Under the pieces are notes generated by a model. The model did not search any database, was not told the origin of the DNA, and saw only the letters and a list, made by a program, of their open reading frames with translations. DNA of 64,000 nucleotides from an uncultured bacterium (GTDB lineage Bacteria; Patescibacteriota; Saccharimonadia; Saccharimonadales; 2-12-FULL-41-12), in the NCBI GenBank assembly GCA_963834265.1, contig CAWIAU010000001.1, positions 327,572-391,571 of the forward strand. Reading direction: 5' to 3'. The position numbers were made by a program, and so were the translations under genes. Positions within the stretch are counted from its first letter, which is position 1; each line of letters begins with the position of its first letter. Positions 43,301 to 49,232 of the stretch are shown here, piece after piece.

Positions 43301-46300
43301 GGCTATAGCAGATCCGACGGCTGACGTTACCTACCGGTTCGCGTCGACTACCACCGGTACCTACGACATTTGTACTACTACCGGCAACTGCGTCGGCGCT
43401 GGAGGCGGAACGGCTCCCAATAACGGCGAGTACATTACCTACAGTGCTAATGCCACCTTGTCAGCCGAGCGGGTACTGACCGGCGGCAGTAACATCAGTG
43501 CCATAGATCTCGGTACGCCCGGTCAGGCTATTATTAATGTCGCTAGCGCCCCAACCTTCACCGGCCTGCTAAGTGCCAACGGCGGCTTAACCGTTGAAGC
43601 GGGGGATACCTTTACCGTCAACGGTGACGCCTTCACCGATCTGACCGGCACCGGCCTGACCATTACCGGCAACGCCCTGGCCAGCACTCTCGGCACCTCC
43701 GTCGATCTGAACAGTGCCGAAGTAACCAACACCCTGCAGCTTGGTAACGGCGGCACCGGCGCCACCACCTCCCAGGCGGCGATTAACAATATCTCCCAGC
43801 TGACCACGGAAGGTGATCTCTTATTCAGAAATGCTACCAACTCTACCCGGCTGGCCCGGGGCACCAACGGCCAGTGCCTGACTTCCAATGCCACGACTGT
43901 CGTCTGGGGTACCTGCCAGCCCGGCGGTTCCGGCGTCACAACCATCGGCGCCCTAGACGGCGGCACGGCCAACGCCAACGGCGCGACCATCAGCGGCGTC
44001 AACCTCTTCCTCCAGAGCGCCGACGCCTCCTTCGCCGGCCTGGTCAACACCGGCACTCAGACTTTTGCCGGTGCCAAGACGTTCACCGGTCTCCTGACCG
44101 GCCAGGCCGGCGCTACTGTCTCCGGCGCAGCCATCAATCTCAATGCTTCCTCCAACTTTGATACCAACATCAATACCGGTACCAGTACGGGAACGGTCAG
44201 TATTGGTAATGCTTCAAATGCTAACAATACCGTCACTCTTCAGGCGGGAGCCACCGGAGGTATCAACCTTAACTCTGCTTCCGTCAATAGCAATGCCGCA
44301 ACTTTGGCCCTCTTCGCTAGTCCGACTAGCATTACCTTGGGAGCGGCTGCAGCTACGTTCAACATCGGACCAGCGGGTGCTAGTGCGGCCACGATCGCTA
44401 TTGCTGGCGGCTCTGGGGCTACTGGCTGTACCGTAGACGGAGCTACCGGCAACCTAGTCTGTACCGGAACAATTACCAGTACTGCCGGTACGGCCGCCGT
44501 TGGTTACTTCACTCGCTCAGGTACTACACTCCAACCAGCTACAGCAGGCGATAGCATTCAAACTTCTGGTAACTTAGCTACTACGGGTACAGGGACAATC
44601 ACTGCCGCCGGCATCCTAAACGCCAGTGCCACTGGCAAAACTGCAATCACAGTCGCTGATTCAGGAGCTCAGAACTCAGGAATTACTATAGGTGGCGACA
44701 CCAACCTCTATCGCAGTGCCGCTGATACGCTTCGTACTGACGACAATTTCAAAATCCAAACACTTACGAACTCCACCACCGCCTTCCAGATCCAGAATGC
44801 TAATGCTTCATCTAATCTCTTTACCGCTGATACTGTCAACAGTCGGATCGGTATAGGAACGGCCACCCCCACGAAACTATTGGATATTGCATATGGCAAC
44901 CTCAACTTTACTACAGTTCCGGCTCCGGGTGCGCTAACTGCCACAGTTAGTGCTACCGCCGGTAACCTAAACGGCACATATAAATACTGGGTTACTTATG
45001 TGACAGAAGACGGTGAGACTAACCTGGGTACGGCCTCCGCTACCGTCTCTCCCGCAAGCAAGCAGGTTAACCTCACCAACATTCCTGTCAGCGGGCTCTC
45101 CCGAGTGACCGCTCGCAAGATTTACCGTACTGATGGGGTTATTAACTATAATGCTTATTTCCTAACTACTCTTAGCGACAATACCACCACGGTATATACG
45201 GATAACATTGCTGACGGTTCGTTGCCACCGACCCTTTATCAAATCCGGGGCAATACTACCAGTGGCCGACTGTTTGTTGACAATGACCAAGTCTTTTATT
45301 CTGAACCCACTACAATAAGCCTCGGTGTCGGTAGGGGTGCGCTAGGTGTTAACCTCGGTCGGCACAACGTGGCAGTTGGGCCGAACGCTCTGGGGCAAAA
45401 TACCACCGGCGAATTTAACAGTGCCGTAGGCTCGGGTGCCCTCTACGGAACCACCACCGGTTACTATAACAATGCCTTTGGCTATCAGTCGCTGCAGAAT
45501 AACACCGTTGGCTACGAAAACAGTGCCTACGGCTATGGTTCGATGATAAATAATGTCAGCGGTTTCCAGAATACCGCCATCGGTAACTATACCCTCGTCA
45601 ACACCACCGGCTCCAAAAATACCGCTCTTGGCTACAAAGCAGGCGAAACTTCTGTCGGTGCCAACGCCAACACCACTGGCACCGGTAACACATTTGTTGG
45701 TCACAACTCTGGTCCAGGTGTTGTTTCTGCCTCTAGCCTTCAGAATGCCACTGCCATAGGCATTAACTCTGTTGTTTCCCAAAATGACTCATTAATTCTC
45801 GGTTGCATCAATGGACTAAATGGCTGTACAGCTACTACAAAAATCGGTATTGCAGATGCCGTACCCTCAACCTTACTATCTCTTGGTGGCACCGGCGTAG
45901 CAAATGGTATAACGCTTGGAGATGACGCGGCTCAATCAGTAAACCTTTATCAGGCTGGCAGCAATTTATTGCAAACAGATGACGATTTTATTGTAGGAGG
46001 CGATGATTTTTACCTTGGCTCAACAAGTGGGATCCGTCTAAGCCGCGAAAATAATGATGAACTTAGGCTTTATACTTCTGCTGGCGAGCAACTTCGTATT
46101 AATGCAACCAATATATACGCACTGAATAATAATATTCTTGCTAATAACGCTGGCACGGGCTTCGCTAAAGTGGCTGTCGCGACTGACGATACTAATAAAG
46201 TGGGTGTTGCAATCCGAGGTGAAGCTGGCCAGACTGCCGACCTATTGCAAGTTCAAAACAGTGCTGGAACAGTATTAGGCGGCTTTAGCGCCCTCGGCCG

Positions 46301-48200
46301 GCTTGGGGTAGGTACGGCGCCGAATTCTAGCCCAAGTAACGACGGTATCCTGCTGGGAGGTAGCAGCGATTATTCACGCATAACTAACCTTGGCTATGGT
46401 ACATCAATAGATTTTGGCTATGTTCCCGCAACCGGTATGGCGGCCGGCGATATGAGCCTTATTGCTGGCAATGTCGGTACCTCCATGAGCGTGGGTGTCT
46501 CCTTAAACTACACGGGAGCCTCCTTCAAAGTTATTCAAAATGCTGCATCGGCCACTACTCCGGTAACAATTATAAAAGGCGGAGCTACGCCAGGTGGGGG
46601 CAGCGACCTCTTACAGTTCCAAAATTCCGCCGGTACTATCCTCACTGCTTTTCAGACGGACGGCAAGCTGGTTTTTGGTCCTTCCGGTAACCAAGATACA
46701 AACTTATATCGTTCAAACTCAAACATTCTCAAAACCGATGATTCACTTACAGTTGCTGGTGGACTGACAGTTAGCAGTTTGGCTAATTGTACTAGCGTTC
46801 AGACAAATGCCAATGGTGACTTTTCTTGCGGAAGTCCTGCTCTTCCTGATACAGCCGCTTTTGTCGACTCTACTTCTGATACGCTTAACGACAGTAGCCA
46901 ATCCCTCTGGGACGGTACCCAGCCTAACATTACGCCTACGGCTAGTTCACAAACAGTGCTTGTATCGGTATCTATCAAGATAGATTCGGCCGGCACAGAT
47001 GACGAAGTCAACCGATTCCAGATATATCGCAGCACTACTGGCTCCGATGCTACCTGTTCCAGCACTGCCGTAGGTGGGACGTTTGGTGCCCGTACTACGG
47101 ATAATGCGAATCAATTCGACAACGCCACGGTTACATTCCTAGATAGTCCGGGCGTTGCTAGCCAAGTTCGCTATACGGTTTGTGAAAGCACAGAATCAAC
47201 AGCTGCAGGTGCCGTCAATAATACTACTCCCCAAATTGATTTCAGCCTTGTAGCACTTGGCGCTGACTTGGCTGAGAACTATTACACAACCGACAATAGC
47301 CTTTCAGCCGGACATGTGGTCAGCCTGGATACAGGACTTCCTGCCGGAGTAAAGAAAAGTGGTAGCGCTTACGATCAAGCCATTGGAGTAGTTTCAACAA
47401 CGCCTGGATATGTCCTTGATGACCGAATAGGCGAAGGATTTGGCCGTCCGGTACCTATCGCGCTTGCGGGACGCGTGCCGGTAAAAGTTTCGGACGAGGG
47501 CGGAGCGATACGAGCGGGTGATTATCTAGTAGCTTCATCTACGCCCGGAGTAGCTATGAAAGCCACCCAGCCAGGCCGAATTATTGGTACAGCCATGAGT
47601 GACTTTAGTGGATCTGGCGAAGGGCAGGTAATGATATTTGTACACACCGGGTACGCAGACCCCAATAGCAATGCTGGGATTAACGATATACAAGGTAATT
47701 CTACTATATCCGGAAATCTGGATGTTCTGGGAATTGCTACCTTTGAATCACTAAATGTAAGTGGTCATACAACTTTGGAGAGCCTGAGCGTGACTGGTAA
47801 TGTGTCCGTTGGAGGCAATCTGACCGTTGCGGGAGACACAAGTTTCAAGGGTAATATAATCGTCGAGGGACATATTGTTTCTGCTGGCAATGCACCAGTA
47901 GCAATGGTCCTAGGTGATAATTCAGCAGGTGCAGTAATTACGATAGAGGGCAACGATACGGCAGGGACTATCACGATTAAAACGAGTACTGGCAGCATAA
48001 TTTCTGGCGAGTTGGCTAAAGTAATCTTTAATAAGCCATTTAGTAGTGCGCCTAGAATAATTCTTTCAGGACAAGACGCTAAAACCCTTGACGCCAAAAT
48101 ATTCCCTAGTCAGAAGACAGCTGACAAATTTGTACTAAAAACAGCGGAGGTGTTGCCCGCTAACACTATAATAACGCTGGACTATTTTATCCTAGAATAG
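34353..48200 (+). CDS. giant surface fibre-like repeat protein 3 (4615 aa), type II anchored
   Basis: An uninterrupted 13.8-kb ORF with a ~75-aa N-terminal tail followed by a TM segment (aa ~75-97). It carries 747-bp and 921-bp tandem arrays, a YadA-head-like 14-residue repeat region and a C-terminal module shared with giant 2. Confidence 0.9.
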   Translation: MKTDSAFGSNVKHDVSGNVIRADIYESVSDLTTQKYPETDSLEVHDLNQNTRYSYPQDDAQISTKQLMAISPKRAVLIATIITGIVLVITVFSSILLGRNSISDQNRHQAPSQQIDIKVTNNESTPPELTGAQESLLVSGDIITKGNFKVSSKGYITILSPDNLTADQAYTLPDSSGVFCLSSNNCSYGGLAELTKAQADIAGLQNSLGQIVIPSAQTFPAVPPSSLINNQRGAVSIQGTSNQISVTTGSGVITLATPQDLATVSSPGFASLFLSGNLTVNGNLTLPLNCSTSANGGTLTTTAGGQVICADDDGGAGAAINGSGTVGTLAVFTAAQTIASLTGPSDGQILLGNGTTPTFTTIGGDATVSGAGTVTIQANAVALGVDTTGNYVADITAGNGISVTGGAAEGSTPTVSVVYGSAANTAVQGNTVLTCPAGSGNLTGGGNNVTLGAGGSCGALSVVGSPMFSGTLAVQGATITIGTAAQQGTLILNDGSSNTGSLAVSALGQDTLYTLPDAGGGTATICLSTGNCLGGGAGGANTALSNLTSVAINTSLLSGSATIDLGSQTNPFRDLYLGGTGTNNFRITGTATVPRTITIPDATGDICLSSGNCAGVGGTGDIVGNGTSGTIARFSGTKSIVDSIITELGNTITVTGTLNATTALQTAGTTRITSGGVLQNVSNADASNFFTGGALSVARGGTGTGSTPTNGQLLIGNGTGYTLATLASGDSTVTITNGSGTIDLSVPLAGTCAACVALQGATPGIAQTGHINITGTIIAGFFSGNGTSLNNLAAGAITTGTLNDTRLSGNVSLLGQTIGLAELEADSVNGSKVVDGSIGNIDLTNPGLSVSAGGGLINGGLVNLGASVTLNIGAGDGITVNADDVAVDATVCRTTGNCLGGPGGGASVSLSNLASVAINTSLLSGSATIDLGSNTNPFRDLYVGGTATNNIRITGTSAGARVYTLPDVGSAADFCLSTGNCVGGAGGAPNSAAYLTIGNNATLTGERAITAGTNLSAVDGGADGAYTLNVVNNPTFSGLITAQAGISVTAGQTLTVNGDAFTDLTGTGLTITGGALQASLGTSVDLTTEVTGTLPVTGGGTGQTSYTDGQLLIGNSVGNTLSKATLTAGVGVNIVNGNGTITISSPGSGTCAACANTSLSNLASVAINTSLLSGSAIIDLGSNTNPFRDLYVGGTATNNIRITGTSAGARVYTLPDVGSAADFCLSTGNCVGGAGGAPNSAAYLTIGNNATLTGERAITAGTNLSAVDGGADGAYTLNVVNNPTFSGLITAQAGISVTAGQTLTVNGDAFTDLTGTGLTITGGALQASLGTSVDLTTEVTGTLPVTGGGTGQTSYTDGQLLIGNSVGNTLSKATLTAGVGVNIVNGNGTITISSPGSGTCAACANTSLSNLASVAINTSLLSGSAIIDLGSNTNPFRDLYVGGTATNNIRITGTSAGARVYTLPDVGSAADFCLSTGNCVGGAGGAPNSAAYLTIGNNATLTGERAITAGTNLSAVDGGADGAYTLNVVNNPTFSGLITAQAGISVTAGQTLTVNGDAFTDLTGTGLTITGNALASTLGTSVDLNSAEVTNTLQLGNGGTGATTSQAAINNISQLTTEGDLLFRNATNSTRLARGTNGQCLTSNATTVVWGTCQPGGSGVTTIGALDGGTANANGATISGVNLFLQSADASFAGLVNTGTQTFAGAKTFTGNAILQGDTTIGDAGTDLLTISATIQGANPLVFEGATADGFETTLAIADPTADVTYRFASTTTGTYDICTTTGNCVGAGGGTAPNNGEYITYSANATLSAERVLTGGSNISAIDLGTPGQAIINVASAPTFTGLLSANGGLTVEAGDTFTVNGDAFTDLTGTGLTITGNALASTLGTSVDLNSAEVTNTLQLGNGGTGATTSQAAINNISQLTTEGDLLFRNATNSTRLARGTNGQCLTSNATTVVWGTCQPGGSGVTTIGALDGGTANANGATISGVNLFLQSADASFAGLVNTGTQTFAGAKTFTGNAILQGDTTIGDAGTDLLTISATIQGANPLVFEGATADGFETTLAIADPTADVTYRFASTTTGTYDICTTTGNCVGAGGGTAPNNGEYITYSANATLSAERVLTGGSNISAIDLGTPGQAIINVASAPTFTGLLSANGGLTVEAGDTFTVNGDAFTDLTGTGLTITGNALASTLGTSVDLNSAEVTNTLQLGNGGTGATTSQAAINNISQLTTEGDLLFRNATNSTRLARGTNGQCLTSNATTVVWGTCQPGGSGVTTIGALDGGTANANGATISGVNLFLQSADASFAGLVNTGTQTFAGAKTFTGNAILQGDTTIGDAGTDLLTISATIQGANPLVFEGATADGFETTLAIADPTADVTYRFASTTTGTYDICTTTGNCVGAGGGTAPNNGEYITYSANATLSAERVLTGGSNISAIDLGTPGQAIINVASAPTFTGLLSANGGLTVEAGDTFTVNGDAFTDLTGTGLTITGNALASTLGTSVDLNSAEVTNTLQLGNGGTGATTSQAAINNISQLTTEGDLLFRNATNSTRLARGTNGQCLTSNATTVVWGTCQPGGSGVTTIGALDGGTANANGATISGVNLFLQSADASFAGLVNTGTQTFAGAKTFTGNAILQGDTTIGDAGTDLLTISATIQGANPLVFEGATADGFETTLAIADPTADVTYRFASTTTGTYDICTTTGNCVGAGGGTAPNNGEYITYSANATLSAERVLTGGSNISAIDLGTPGQAIINVASAPTFTGLLSANGGLTVEAGDTFTVNGDAFTDLTGTGLTITGNALASTLGTSVDLNSAEVTNTLQLGNGGTGATTSQAAINNISQLTTEGDLLFRNATNSTRLARGTNGQCLTSNATTVVWGTCQPGGSGVTTIGALDGGTANANGATISGVNLFLQSADASFAGLVNTGTQTFAGAKTFTGNAILQGDTTIGDAGTDLLTISATIQGANPLVFEGATADGFETTLAIADPTADVTYRFASTTTGTYDICTTTGNCVGAGGGTAPNNGEYITYSANATLSAERVLTGGSNISAIDLGTPGQAIINVASAPTFTGLLSANGGLTVEAGDTFTVNGDAFTDLTGTGLTITGNALASTLGTSVDLNSAEVTNTLQLGNGGTGATTSQAAINNISQLTTEGDLLFRNATNSTRLARGTNGQCLTSNATTVVWGTCQPGGSGVTTIGALDGGTANANGATISGVNLFLQSADASFAGLVNTGTQTFAGAKTFTGLLTGQAGATVSGAAINLNASSNFDTNINTGTSTGTVSIGNASNANNTVTLQAGATGGINLNSASVNSNAATLALFASPTSITLGAAAATFNIGPAGASAATIAIAGGSGATGCTVDGATGNLVCTGTITSTAGTAAVGYFTRSGTTLQPATAGDSIQTSGNLATTGTGTITAAGILNASATGKTAITVADSGAQNSGITIGGDTNLYRSAADTLRTDDNFKIQTLTNSTTAFQIQNANASSNLFTADTVNSRIGIGTATPTKLLDIAYGNLNFTTVPAPGALTATVSATAGNLNGTYKYWVTYVTEDGETNLGTASATVSPASKQVNLTNIPVSGLSRVTARKIYRTDGVINYNAYFLTTLSDNTTTVYTDNIADGSLPPTLYQIRGNTTSGRLFVDNDQVFYSEPTTISLGVGRGALGVNLGRHNVAVGPNALGQNTTGEFNSAVGSGALYGTTTGYYNNAFGYQSLQNNTVGYENSAYGYGSMINNVSGFQNTAIGNYTLVNTTGSKNTALGYKAGETSVGANANTTGTGNTFVGHNSGPGVVSASSLQNATAIGINSVVSQNDSLILGCINGLNGCTATTKIGIADAVPSTLLSLGGTGVANGITLGDDAAQSVNLYQAGSNLLQTDDDFIVGGDDFYLGSTSGIRLSRENNDELRLYTSAGEQLRINATNIYALNNNILANNAGTGFAKVAVATDDTNKVGVAIRGEAGQTADLLQVQNSAGTVLGGFSALGRLGVGTAPNSSPSNDGILLGGSSDYSRITNLGYGTSIDFGYVPATGMAAGDMSLIAGNVGTSMSVGVSLNYTGASFKVIQNAASATTPVTIIKGGATPGGGSDLLQFQNSAGTILTAFQTDGKLVFGPSGNQDTNLYRSNSNILKTDDSLTVAGGLTVSSLANCTSVQTNANGDFSCGSPALPDTAAFVDSTSDTLNDSSQSLWDGTQPNITPTASSQTVLVSVSIKIDSAGTDDEVNRFQIYRSTTGSDATCSSTAVGGTFGARTTDNANQFDNATVTFLDSPGVASQVRYTVCESTESTAAGAVNNTTPQIDFSLVALGADLAENYYTTDNSLSAGHVVSLDTGLPAGVKKSGSAYDQAIGVVSTTPGYVLDDRIGEGFGRPVPIALAGRVPVKVSDEGGAIRAGDYLVASSTPGVAMKATQPGRIIGTAMSDFSGSGEGQVMIFVHTGYADPNSNAGINDIQGNSTISGNLDVLGIATFESLNVSGHTTLESLSVTGNVSVGGNLTVAGDTSFKGNIIVEGHIVSAGNAPVAMVLGDNSAGAVITIEGNDTAGTITIKTSTGSIISGELAKVIFNKPFSSAPRIILSGQDAKTLDAKIFPSQKTADKFVLKTAEVLPANTIITLDYFILE
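34654..35303 (+). repeat. 650-bp dispersed repeat, identical to 20437..21086
   Basis: See the partner copy. The offset between copies is 14217 bp. Confidence 0.9.
37092..39065 (+). repeat. tandem repeat, 747-bp (249-aa) unit, ~2.6 copies (one SNP at 37145)
   Basis: Unit phase at 37087, 37834 and 38581. Antisense ORFs 37667..37906 and 38414..38653 are identical. Confidence 0.9.
39009..44089 (+). repeat. tandem repeat, 921-bp (307-aa) unit, ~5.5 copies, no differences seen
   Basis: Unit starts at 39009, 39930, 40851, 41772, 42693 and 43614. Five identical 177-aa antisense ORFs are spaced 921 bp apart. Confidence 0.9.
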
Positions 48201-49232
48201 GTGAAATAGAAAATACAGATAACTCTCAGAGTAACCTATAGCTGGACTTTTACAGAAGTATAACCAGAATATCTGGTAAATTTATTGGGGCCGACAATAT
48301 AGTCTATGTAAAATTGATTATGACTAGGTAAATATGTAAGTTTAGCTATACCACCCAAACTGTTACCATACGAATATGCCTTCTCCGGCTCGGAATATTT
48401 GGAATACCGGTGCCTGTGTCCAAGTGGCATATTGCGATTTTATTACTGTGATTAGTAATAGCGGATAATATTTATATTTGACCCGAAATTGAGCGAATAT
48501 TGTTGCCAAAGACATTTGGTATTGGTGAGTTCAACATTTTCATCTCCTATAACGTCCCGTCTGCCACTTATTGGTATGTCCCTTGTTTGATTCCCCGCAA
48601 GAAAAAGCTTCCGAGGGCAGTACCTGTATATAGTTGATCCGCTGCTGCCGGCAACGCTATCCACGTACTGCTTATGACGGCTTGGAGCTCAGAGGACGAT
48701 GGATCAAAAGCTTTAATATTTTATTTCAATTGTTCTGGCCTGGTTATTAAGGCACATATGGCAGGTCCTGTAATAATTCTTTATCGATTGTTTATACTTT
48801 TGATCTGGGTTATTAATCTAAAAAAATTTGGATAAAACGGCAATAACTACAGTTAGAGCTGAAATAATGGCCAACTAATTAAAAAAGGATACAAGCTGTT
48901 TGTACTCCCCCACATTCAATGTATACAATACATTCCAGAACCATAAATATAACCATACAAAAAAGAGCAACAAATTCCCGCTCTAAGGATATATCATATA
49001 AATAAGCAACAATTACAAATCGGGCAGGCTTAAGGCCACTAAGTAGTGCAAACAACACAACAAGCTCCGGTTTTCAGTCTCGTCAACCATTTACTGATGT
49101 ATTCACTAGCTAAAACGTGGGTAATGGTGTTAGTAAAATAAGAGTAGTATTATACGGCTAGTAACAGATACGTTCAATGATTTACGTCACAACTATTTCG
49201 TGCTAGGATGAGGGCTATAGGATGTACTGACA

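Noticed and set aside
5503-44089. Whether the regular tandem arrays could be CRISPR arrays.
   Set aside because: The periods are 408-921 bp with no repeat/spacer alternation. The arrays sit in frame within coding sequence, and no cas genes are present.
39269-44161. Same-strand alternative-frame Arg-rich ORFs repeated every 921 bp (MPDFQCHDCRLGYLPARRFRRHNHRR...), plus similar ones in giants 1 and 2 (for example 7697..7984, 10076..10315).
   Set aside because: These are out-of-frame readings of GC-rich repeat units. Their composition is implausible and they have no independent start context.
4263-48097. Dozens of long antisense ORFs inside the three giant genes, up to 442 aa (for example 5488..6648, 7653..8351, 10752..12080, 27602..28357, 35774..36508, and the repeated 128-aa and 177-aa sets).
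   Set aside because: They lie entirely within much longer sense ORFs and are Pro/Val/Ala-rich mirror translations of GGN/ACC/GCC-rich codons. They recur only because the underlying DNA is repeated. They are a by-product of the sense-strand codon bias, not genes.
4372-48200. A diversity-generating retroelement targeting the giant proteins' C-termini.
   Set aside because: There is no reverse transcriptase ORF and no template/variable repeat pair with adenine-specific differences. The repeats look identical rather than A-mutated.
48236-48664. Two small minus-strand ORFs (64 and 70 aa) considered as genes.
   Set aside because: They have no recognisable motif and no Shine-Dalgarno site. They share a frame but are separated by three stops. 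I treat them as probable decay products or noise; see the finding on the island's right boundary.
48758-48835. A 25-aa hydrophobic mini-ORF (MAGPVIILYRLFILLIWVINLKKFG) in the spacer upstream of parA, possibly a type I toxin or small membrane peptide.
   Set aside because: It is too short to support from sequence alone. It has only a weak AAGG upstream and no evident antisense RNA or conservation information.
3936-49232. The island considered as a prophage or mobile element, because of its tail-fibre-like motifs.
   Set aside because: There is no integrase, terminase, capsid, portal, tail tube or baseplate gene. There is no tRNA attachment site, and I found no flanking direct repeats. The giants have N-terminal TM anchors typical of cellular surface proteins.
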